Shown: positions 53,020 through 63,070 of the stretch, piece after piece
Layout: each line of letters begins with the position of its first letter
Position numbering within the stretch: the first letter of the stretch is position 1
From: Chlorokybus atmophyticus
Lineage: Eukaryota > Plantae > Mesostigma and Chlorokybus algae
NCBI GenBank assembly: GCA_009103225.1
Contig: RHPI01002438.1
Span: 62,001 to 126,000, forward strand
Length of the DNA: 64,000 nucleotides
Direction: 5' to 3'
Translations under genes and position numbers: made by a program
Notes under the pieces: model-generated
The model's database searches: none
Seen by the model: the letters and a program-made list of their open reading frames with translations, nothing else
What the model was told of the DNA's origin: nothing

Positions 53020-53420
53020 ATAGTGTGCTTTTTGACTGTGTACTGCGTGTTGACCAGACATGCGGCGAGCAACCGGGAGGCGCAGCGAAGGCGGCGGAGC
53101 GGGCGAAAGGGCGAAAATACCACGATCACCCCGCCGCCGACACATTTCATCCCCTCGCCGCCGAGACGCACGGCACCCTGGGCCAGAGTTTTCACGACGT
53201 CATCGACACATGCGCTAGGAGGGCACTGGCTACACGTGACCTGCCGTTGAGCAGGCTGTCGGGCTACTTGGCTCTGTAACGGCAGCGTGTTATGCGCGTT
53301 GCAGCGTGCCCAGGGCATCACCATCCTGGAGCGGGGGGCGACAGTCGTAGCGGCGGTACCAGGCTGGGGTCCAGATGGCGGCGCCAACGGCGGAAGCGGA
53401 CGCTGTGCTGGCGGCTGCGG
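53020..53420 (+). mobile_element. 3' fragment of a non-LTR retrotransposon with restriction-like endonuclease (CRE/Dualen/R2-type), degenerate
   Basis: LFDCVLR...AAKAAERAKGRKY...FHPLAAETHGTLGQSF, then after a stop and frameshift RQRV.CALQRAQG; this is the K..KY / F.P.A.ET.G / RQR.S.ALQR signature of REL elements. Confidence 0.75.
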
Positions 53421-53686
53421 CAGTGTAGTTGTGTAGGCGTGCTTGCACGCCGCTGGCATGCGTGTGAGTATGCTTGTGCTGTGATAGGCAGGGATGAGAG
53501 TACGTAGCTTGGTGTGACGATGTTGCATACTAGTGTATTACAATGACCAGAAGTGCTCCGTTCTTGTTTAGCTCTCAGCAGGACAAGTCCAGATCTGAAA
53601 GAGTTGTCGCACTGAACTGGTGCCGCTGGCATTGATTCATGAGTGGTCAGGTAGTAAGGACATGTACGAGCAAAAAGTTGAACGCA

Positions 53687-53739
53687 TGCTTAATAGGTCA
53701 CCAATCGTGGGCCAGCTGCTTAATAGGTCACCAATCGTG
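53687..53739. repeat. Perfect 23-bp direct repeat, period 30
   Basis: TGCTTAATAGGTCACCAATCGTG at 53687-53709 and 53717-53739. Confidence 0.9.
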
Positions 53740-54318
53740 CTGCAGCATACTGGAGGCTGTCTGTCATGGTATACAAGCAGCATAATAGCACGCTAGTGTG
53801 CCAAGTGATCAAGGTTAACAATCATACATATAGGAGTAGCATACAATCCCGCACTATCATCACACGCCAGTTCATGCATGCAGCCTCACACAGTCACCGC
53901 CATTGAGAGGACACAATACAATATATTGAGAGCACAAGGCCCAGCCGCGCTTTAAACTAACTATTGTAGCAATTATCCTGCAGGAACTTTAGTTACAACT
54001 GAACTACACTAGGCTCGCCTTCTGGGTCTTCAACTCAGATGGCGCTTGCAGCTTGAGAGACAATTGTTTTGTCACCTTGCGCCACTGTTGCATGCGCAAA
54101 CGCACCTGCCCTGCATTGGCTACCTTACACTATGAATACGTATCCCAAACTACAATAAGCGTACGTTCCCCGCTGTTCATAAAATAGGGCGCCGCTAAGG
54201 TAGCCCTCCCTCAATCAAGAAGAGAGCTAGCTACACTGTAACATACATTACGTATAGTATATTGAGTATATATCATACTCATGACGCTACGATACAACCC
54301 ACCCCACCTCCCCGCGCT

Positions 54319-57300
54319 CTACGCTACACGTGTGACACACAACCCAACATTGTGCCACACCCTCTCAGAACATCCCTTCGCCTGCGCACGTGCGAAAAAC
54401 TGTCTCGACACGGCGTTCTGCTGCACGCTTTGAGGGAATGAGAAGGAGTCCGGTGATGCAGTGGATATTCTCACGGTCCCGTCCGCGCCGAACACGACAA
54501 ACACCGTCACGGCTTTGTTCTTCGATCGCACGAAGTAGCGCGCACCCGTCCCAATGGACCCCTTGAAGGAGTAGATCTGGCTGATGCATTGGGATTTTCT
54601 CCTTTTGTTGATCAGGACCTCCATGATGTCAAGCTCGCCGCAACCGCCGCTGCTGCCCATTCCACGGCAGTTGCAACCGTACTGAGACGACCGTGGGACG
54701 TGTTGGGGGAGACAGCCAACTTAGAGCCATGCACATTTACACAGTGCGCTTGCATACACACTTACGCACGCATGCGCAGCTGTGCTAGTACACACGTCCA
54801 CGAGGACACGGGCAGGTACATGCATCCGCACGCATGCACACATGGTCCCGTGCGCACGCCTGCACATGTGCACAGTTTGAACTGGTAGGCATGCACGCAC
54901 ACATGCGTGGCAACCTTTCCTTGCTGGCTTGCAAAAAGGAAGCAAATGGCTAACACTTGCATTATGTTTCTCGTGCACGGCACCGTCATCTCACCTGTGC
55001 GTTGAGGAGCCACACTGCAGGGGTGTCGGTGCCGCCAGCCTCGGGCATCCTTAGCCTGAGCACGAACATCTTCTCCCCCTTGGCGTTGCCCGACCACCCT
55101 CGCTGCCCCACCCCCCGGAAGAACCCGCAGGAGTTGCCCTTGCACGCCTGCCCCGTCATCGCATTCACCTTAAAAAGGGTGTTTCATGTTTAGTTGTTGT
55201 TGTGGTGGGTGGGTGGGTGGGTGGGTGGGTGGGTGGGTGCGGGTGTGTCTGTGTGTGTGTGTGTCACAAGGAGCTGAATTTGGGTCAAGGAGCACTCACC
55301 TCAACGTCTGCTGCAAGAGAACCCGAGAAGCGTGTTGATGATTTCGCAGACATCTTCCCATCGGCTGTACCCCATGATTGGCTCATCCCACCGCACACGC
55401 TGTACACGCCCGAGCCACCCCCACCCTTGTTGTTCAGAATCGCCATGTTGGATTGACTGCACAAAGTTGGGGTCACATTTGGACTAACTGTTCACGCTAA
55501 TGCGTGCATGCATAGGGTATAGGTATCACACGGATTGACGTTCGGGGACCATGCATGGTCCTTCCACGGACCCCGCGGGCCATACATGGTCCGTCCCCGC
55601 GGACCACGAGTGTCTGGTCCGCGAGGGACGGACCGTCCATGGTCCTTTTGGGGCCCCAACATCTGGCGCGCAGTCGCGCACCACATATGGTCCGTGCCGC
55701 ACCTTGTATAGTGCGGCACGGATCAGTACTCTACGCTGGTTCCTGGATGCGGACCAGGAGTGGGCCCGGCAGCCGCGCACCGTACATGGTCCGTGCACAT
55801 TGCTGGTCCATGCCGCACCATGTATGGGGCGGCATGGACCAGCAATGTTGCTGATTGGCGGCCCTGCAGGGCGCGCTACACGTGTACCATGACTGAAGTA
55901 TCGTTACTGCATGTACGAGTACATAGGTACATTGTGTGTATCATCATTTAATAAATGACAGGCCGCACCGACTGTCGCCGCTTACCATAAAGTGGACAGT
56001 CGCAAATGGTCGGCGGCTGTCAATGTACATTGACAGCCGGCTGTCCATGTACATTTTAACTTGACAGCCGCCGACCAGTTGCGGCTGTCCACTTGTGGCC
56101 TATATATGTATAAATGGATATGTGTATACATATAAATATATGTGTATATATACACATATATATATATATATATATGTGTATACATGCATATGTATATATG
56201 TTGATAAATATACGTGTGTGTGTGCATGTAGGAATAGGCTTAAGGTATACAAGCAAAAATTGTTGACGTATTGCGGCCGCAATTTGCAGCCGTGCAATTA
56301 CTTCATAACCATCATTTCATGTACATACATTGTTGTAAGTATATTGATGCGCGTACACATGTGCATTAGACCTTTCATATGCAAGATTATATACATCTCA
56401 AATAATGTATAAAAATATGATTGTACAAAGTGTTATGATTATTATACAATTACATAGTCTAAAATATTAATTATATCAAATTTACATCCATGCGTTGCGC
56501 GTGTTAATTACAGTTTATATAGTTCACTGGTTATTACATTATCATAATGTTCACAACCGTTAACATCATACCATGAATACATATGTTGATGCTGTTCACA
56601 TGTTGCATTGCTAGGCGTTGTTTATGGTATGTTTGGTTTTGATAATTTGTACGAAACGAAAGCGCAAGCAATGTCAGATGTTATGACTTGTAGCCTTACT
56701 TGTATAACCTCATAAATGGCCTATAAAAGCCTCATGCGACCACAAAATCATTGACAGCCCGTTAAGGTACACTGGCTGCATTGACAGTCGCAATTTGGCT
56801 ACTATCACTAAGCATTGTCACAATGACAGCCTCTAACAAGTCTACAAATTGTACTGGCGTATTGACGACCGCCGAGTTCGCGGCTACCTATATGTAGTTT
56901 ACCACCGTCCATGTAATTGGTACAGCCTATAAATGCTACAATTGCAGGGGCTCAGCCTATGGGCCTATCAAAGTGACACACAATCTCCGACTGTCCATCG
57001 GCAATTACTGCCGCCGGCCGACAGTCGCCAAGCGGCTGTCGGCGCATGCAGTAAACTACATGATATAGGTTGCCGTGCGACCCTACCGGTACGTGCACTT
57101 GTAGCTTAGTGGTTAGGGCGTCGTCTTCGATATGCTAAAGGTACTGGGTTCGAATCCGGCCGATGCGGTGTGTTCTTGACTAATCATTCCACTAACTCCG
57201 CGGAGCTGGCCGCGGCCTCTTGCGCCGCAGGTTGGGCGTGGCCGGTGCCGCCGGCAAAGATGTCTCAACTTTTACTGCAGTTGCACTAATGTTTACATTG

Positions 57301-58504
57301 TTTCATATTAAACTTTGGTCGATGGTCTGCTGGCCGGACCAGTTATTGAAGTATTTTGATGACTTTATCCCTGGTCCGATGGCTGGACCATACCTGGTCC
57401 TTACGCAACAGTCATCGGCCGGACCTTAAGTGGTGCGTACCAAGGGACAATGGTACCATTCACGTGAAATTCGGACCATGAATGGTCCGACTGTCGATGA
57501 AAAACAGACCATGCAAGGTCCACCGATTTCATTTAGCAGGGGAAAATCCCGGTCCTGCGTCACGGACCATTCATGGTCCTTGAACGTCAATCCGTGTGTA
57601 TACGCGCATGCACGCATAACAGGTGATTGTGCAGTAGATTGGCATTCTCACCTGCAGCTGTCAAAGTTGGACACGCGCTCCCAATCTCCCTTCCCTTTTG
57701 GATAGTACACCGCGAGGTTGTACAGCTCCAAAGGCCCCCTAAAGTGCATCGACTGCTCCTCGTAAAACGGCGCAAGAGGCCCGCTCAACTTCTACACGAC
57801 AAGCACAAACACACATTAGTCCCCGTGCATGCACTATCATAATTAATCCATCACTACAACCCCACTTACTCGTGGGGCTTTCACGCATGAGGCTTTGGAC
57901 GATAGCGAGCATGGCGGTGGCCAGTGGGGTGCGCTGGGCATAGCAACAATGCGGTTGTAGACTCCACTTCCCCCAACAATGGCGTAAGTGAAGCTCGTCA
58001 CTGGGGAGCTTGGCCCACAGGAGAGTCTTTGCCGGAACCGTAGCTTCTCAAAGCAAGTGCGTAACTAGCACTGCAACCAGTACCACCCGACCGCAGCGAC
58101 CTCCTCTGTGATGAGGAGGTTGTCTCGTTGGATCTGGGTGATTGTGCGTCTGTAGAGAGAGGGAGAGGTGAGTTATTATTGTGTCGTGTTGGCTTAAGCA
58201 AGTGCAACGGTCGTCATTGTGTGCACAATGCATGTAAACTATGTGCATGGGCCCGTGGTCTGCATTGCGTGAGGGAATGCGTTTCACGCTTGAGCTTACC
58301 AGCAATGGGACTGCCTCGCAGAAGCCAGCGGCCAAGCTGAACAGCAGCTGCTGTTGTGGAGAAGGACAAGGACACGGAGGAGGAGGAGGCATTGGCAGCG
58401 GCAGTGGCTGCGGCGGAGGTGGTGGCGCTGCATGTGGACGAGCATGACGCCAACAGCAGAAGAGCCACAACCGCTGCAAGCACATTCCCCACCCTGGTGA
58501 CCAT
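54319..58504 (-). CDS. Secreted Tos1/YJL171C-like putative glycosidase (DUF2403 + DUF2401), multi-exon, possibly pseudogenised
   Basis: Signal peptide MVTRVGNVLAAVVALLLLAS; GGSGVYNRIVAM; LSGPLAPFYEEQSMHFRGPLELYNLAVYYP; NNKGGGGSG; KMFVLRLRMP...DTPAVWLLNAQ; QYGCNCRGMG..GGCGELDIMEVL. Apparent frameshift in exon 2 and a mutated acceptor at 54700-54701. Confidence 0.82.
55965..57045. mobile_element. Inner repeat block with GACAGCC/GGCTGTC subterminal motifs, probably a nested second TIR/foldback element
   Basis: A different motif family clusters at 55965-56100 and 56750-57045 around an AT-rich core; 34-bp inverted repeat (55990-56023 and 56061-56094, 2 mismatches); 24-bp perfect palindrome at 56015-56038. 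No clear TSD. Confidence 0.55.
57095..57167 (+). pseudogene. tRNA-derived sequence (tRNA pseudogene or SINE head) with intact A and B boxes
   Basis: GCACTTG-TAGCTTAGTGGTTAG (A box)...GGTTCGAATCC (B box)-GGCCGATGC, tRNA length, but acceptor, anticodon and T stems contain mismatches so no isotype can be assigned. Confidence 0.7.
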
Positions 58505-59777
58505 GGCGTCAATGCAGGAGCAGCACACCACAACTGCCACCCCTCCCGCCGACACGGACAATGGCTTCTTCCGCCGCTTAAGTCCCAAACGACCAGTAAT
58601 TACACGGATTCCATCGCGGCCGCATTTAGTCTCTGGTCCCGAGGCTGGGCTGGCAAGACGCGACGAGAAAGGAAAACATCAATATTTCAAAACCCCCGGC
58701 CCTTGGCCGGTTGTCCCTACTGCTGGTGGCAGAGTGACACATGGCGGCAAGCGACGGCACCTCGACTGCCGCAGCATGCTGTGACAAAAGAAGTTTTCCA
58801 GCTTTCCTCAGCTTTCCTGGCTGTCGGGGCCGACAGTAGGGCTGGCCCTATTGGCTAGGCTCATCATTTGCGCGGCGGTGACTGCGACGCACTGCACACG
58901 TGGGTATGGTGGGGGGATTGAAACGACGCTTTTCGGTGTGTTGGGAAAATGTCACACGGTGCTACGCTTGTCACGTGCTGAAGGAGTGGGATAAGCTAGG
59001 GGTCCCAGTCTCAGGTGTAAAATCTCGTGGTCACGAGCTGAAACATTGAACCTACAGTATTGTATACGGGTTGGACAACCACCATATAGTTGTTGCCATA
59101 ATTCTGCAGTCATAGGGGCACCCATTCACTATATTCAACTTAAAAATATAGAAGAGATACGAGTGTACGAGTTGAAACAATTGCTCATGGATGTGGTATG
59201 TTACATACATCCTCATGGACTATGTATGAACTTACATATGTGTTCTTTGTTATGATGATATGCTTGATGTCGATGCTGAAGCTAACAATAGATGTATTGC
59301 AAGTAACAAGTCTTCTTGATATGGTCAACAGCACTGAGCTTGTCATCATGCAATTAATATGTTGTAAGACTGGGAGAACAGTAATGCACATTGCATGTCC
59401 AAATTCTGCGCAAAGCACATATGTATAATAAAAAAACATGAGAATATATTTGTCTAATGTTACTAACTATACACATATGAAAGAATGCATGAAGACACAT
59501 GTATATTATATGCACAAGCACGCACACACATATATATGTACAATCGTGATGTGATAGCTCATACGCTTGATACTTTGACGAGCGTGTAAACAGTAGCATA
59601 ACGCACAAGTAATTTGACGTGATCAACCAATACCTTTTTAAATTTTGCAACCTCAAGATTAACAATAATATCAAAAAATCTATCAATCCTTTAACATTAA
59701 ACATAGTAATTGTTTATATACATCATAATGTATATATACAAATACGATATTGCTGATGCTTGTAACTTGCAATGCGC

Positions 59778-59826
59778 AGAGAGAGAGAGAGAGTCAGAGA
59801 GAGAGAGAGGCAGAGAAAGAGAGAGC
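59778..59826. repeat. (GA)n microsatellite, imperfect
   Basis: agagagagagagagtcagagagagagaggcagagaaagagagag. Confidence 0.85.
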
Positions 59827-60599
59827 TGTATATGACTATTACAACATCGTTGTGCAAAAACATCACGCATGGTGACATGTATTGGATATAACAAGCCCAT
59901 TATGATTATAGCATATGTAGTAAAATCGTGGGTAAGCTTATGACAATTCTTAAACGTATTTTTGTGATATTTTTGTGAAGCACTGTCTAAGCTCTTAAAC
60001 ACCAAATATATACATGTAATGGCTTCGCTTATCAAGCCACGATATCGTATGGGCTTTTTAGTAGTTGATGCAGCAGCAACGCTCACGCTCACAATCAATC
60101 TCAACACTCACAACACCAGCCAACACAAGCCACAACACAGGCACTCTCAATCATCAACAGGTAGGGGCAGAAACTAGCTACATGCTCTGTTTAAATGCAT
60201 GCAAGGAGGTGGGAGCGGGCAAGGGGCAAGTAGACAGCAGCAAGGGCAAGCAGCCAGACTTAAGGGCCAAGCGCGATGAGTTCAACCAGGAGTCAAAAGC
60301 AGCACCACCAGCAGGACAGCAGTAACATAAGCAGCAGCAAGGGTGAAGGGCGTGCGATGCTGTGCAGTGCTGTGCTTGTAAGATTGGCGGCCATGGCGGC
60401 TGCTTGGTCTTTTAAATATGTTGGTAAGGCCTCTCGTGGTTGCTATAGCAATGGCTGCAGGCATTGCTTGCGCGGTTGTAAATTGTTAGCAAGTGCAGCA
60501 CTATTACAACGGGTACAAAGGACCTCCTAGAATAACAGCATGGTCTCAACTGCATAATAGCATACTCACCACCGCCACTCATCACACATGGTTACACAG

Positions 60600-62600
60600 C
60601 AGCCGAACAGCATGTCAGTGCTCAATAATAAGGCAGCACAACACGGCAAGTGACACCAAGCTCAGATACTGTATGTGCGCGTAGACACTCTGCTCCCCGC
60701 ACATCATGTGCATGATGCACATGCACATGTACACTTACCTCCCTTACCAACGGCGTTGGCGAGCACCTGCGGGCCTCCTGGACGTACAGTTGTGGATACG
60801 TCGTATTGTACGCAGTCCTCTGCATCCGGGGCATTTTGGCGCGCAGCTTGCCTAATACATCCTTCAAGGGGTACCCGGTAGCATTTATGTCTTTCACCAG
60901 CTGCACCAGCTCAAGCAGAAAGTGCGCACGCAATGTACACAAACGCAAAAACCTCACAGATTGATACACGATCACCCCCAACTTAGCTGATGTCGATATA
61001 TTGCTGTATGGACGAGGTGCCCTTCAACGTGATAAGAATTTGAAGGGGCGATGTGTAATTTGTTGTACACACACGTGTACATAAACCAATTGTGGGCATT
61101 TGAAAGATCAACAAATCCAAGTACGGAATGCTAACTCCCTGTGTTGTCTAAAAAAGAGCCAGCATGTGGCGTGGATAGATGTCGCCGCCTGGAGCTGCAG
61201 GGTCCAAGTACTTGCATGCCTGAAACTCTGGTAAGAACACAGCACATCATCCACATATCTCAGCACGTTTTTGACAAACCTAAGCGCCAAGGGCCTTTAA
61301 TTGTCAGCCACCAATCTGGTTACAAAGTCCAACTCATATGTTAGCAAGTCATAGTCTGCAATATAGACCCTCGCACAATTCCCCATAAGAATGCCAATCA
61401 TTTGCTTATGAAGCTGATCATGTGCTGTTTGCATGTACAAGTTGTGAATGAGGAAATGCAACATGGCATGCAAATCCCCCGCGGTAACCATCTTAGTAGT
61501 GCCTTCACGTGTGATGGTTGTGCCAGCAACCCATGTACATGTAGCCACGCCAGCCTGTACGTTCACATGCAAGTGTGTTTGATGACGTGATGTGCGTAAA
61601 ACACAAAAACCTTTTGCACCAAACCCTGCATGCGTTGCAGCAAGGCATCGTGCTCAAGGTTGATGTATAATATGGTAAAATCATAAGACTGCAAGACAAG
61701 GTGCTCACGCTTCTCCACTGCATTGCGATATTCGTTGAAGTGTTACAGTCTGGCATACCCTCGCAAATCCTTTAAGATCCACGTCTGCAAATTGTCACCC
61801 AAAGCCTCGCTCCACAACTGATCCATCACATCTGCCATGCCTTTATATGCACGTGTAAGCTGAAGAGACGCGTCCAACAATGTAGTTGACATTGCAGCTG
61901 TGATGAATCGAGGCTTGGGAGGTTTCTTGTGCAGTTTGACTGACATGCACAGATGTGGCACACGAGCAGGTACTTCCTATGCTTGAGTTTTAAAGTCGTG
62001 CTGGGTATTGTAGAATTGGTGTGTAGCCACAACCTTTGGTACCATTGCTAATACATTGGAGTAGCCAGCTCTGCACACAGGAGCTGCAGATAGTACGTCG
62101 TGCACACCACAGCCAACGTACTCCCACACTGATCCACCTTGGTTGTCACCATGCATTGCTGCAAGTCTTTCAGTGAATTGCGGTCAGTAGCATTGCATAG
62201 CGCATGTCAATATCAGTCACAGGCGGCTGCATATGCACTGCATCAGCATAAGCGTTAACCTCAACTATGACTGCGGCCACCCAAGGCTGCATCAAATCTG
62301 GTTGGTGCTTGTACGGTACACAAACCGATCAATACGACACCACATGCATAATATGCGCATATTATGGAATTCGATTGGTAATAATAATTGAAAACATATA
62401 TGTGTAACACACTTTTTGTGTGTGACTTACAAATATGATTAGAGGCTTCAAGTTGGAGCACAATTCTCTCTGATGCATATACAAATTGAAAGTCAGGTCA
62501 GTGGTACTTGCATGCGGTTTAGCGTAGAAAGTCCTAGCCCAACTCATGTGTACATCTCAATGAGGAGGCAAAGGCATGGTATGCCTGGCGAGCCTCATAC
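60600..62600 (-). mobile_element. Decayed Penelope-like element reverse transcriptase (boundaries approximate)
   Basis: In order on - strand across stops and frameshifts: VTTKVDQCGSTLAVVCTTYYL.LL..EL; KLHKKPPKPRFI; WILK; SYDFTILYINLEH; QMIGILMGNCA..IADYDLLTYELDF; RYVDDVL; GDIYP...IPYLDLLI...TRVYNK; SNIS..AKLGVIVYQSVRFLRLC...GYP. Confidence 0.88.
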
Positions 62601-63070
62601 ATGCAGTAGTAACTAAAATCTGCGAGTCTCAGTCTTTGCAAAATACCAAAGCAATGTTTAGTATATGCAAATGTTCAAAGAGTAACCTTGCTTGGGTTTT
62701 GCAACAATTGGAGCAAACGCAGGGATCATCCAATCTGCTAACACTACCCGTCATCCAGACCAACATGAATCTGCGCACTCAGGACAATCTATCCAACACG
62801 CAATCACCAACATGCAGCAGTTCAAGCAATCCAAACAGACGTCACATGTAGCTGACTACCAGTACACAAGTCGCTGACACCAAAGCTGGCCTTGTAAAAA
62901 GAGCAACCTCGCACTGGCGTATTTCGCTGACCTTAATTGGCCGCAGCACCAAGTATTACGATGCTTGCAGCTGCAACCCCAAACACAATGGGAGGCACAA
63001 CATCTGGTAAGCATGCCTTACAATGGCTAATTAGTCTCTCCATGCTCTATGCTATGGGACGTATGTGCAA

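Larger units (their letters stand above)
55527..57598. mobile_element. Non-autonomous TIR DNA transposon (CACTA/CMC-like), 2072 bp, inside a Tos1-like intron
   Basis: 35-bp TIRs (55527-55561 and 57564-57598; first 17 bp CACACGGATTGACGTTC perfect, 3 mismatches overall); 3-bp TSD TAT; subterminal arrays of GGACCA....TGGTCC at both ends; removing it leaves a 120-bp intron. Confidence 0.9.

Noticed and set aside
55540-55850. CRISPR-like array
   Set aside because: Units are short degenerate palindromes with irregular spacing at both ends of a TIR element in a eukaryotic intron; no cas genes.
57095-57167. Functional tRNA-Arg(TCG) or tRNA-Ser(CGA)
   Set aside because: Acceptor, anticodon and T stems each have mismatches and the anticodon register is ambiguous; reported only as tRNA-derived.
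1724-58070. Alternative genetic code (TAG/TAA = Gln) suggested by several in-frame TAGs (1724, ~4780, ~8978, ~58065)
   Set aside because: SmG ends at TAG and COQ9 and the lyase end at TAA at the expected positions, and long Gln-rich ORFs use only CAA/CAG; the TAGs fit decay, UTR or wrong frames.
59015-59050. Hammerhead ribozyme associated with the Penelope-like element (CTCGTG/CACGAG stem followed by GAAAC)
   Set aside because: The CTGANGA core is missing before the stem and stems I and III are not evident.
60400-60440. GIY-YIG endonuclease (KYVGK) for the Penelope-like element
   Set aside because: It lies on the strand opposite the RT and lacks the other GIY-YIG motifs.
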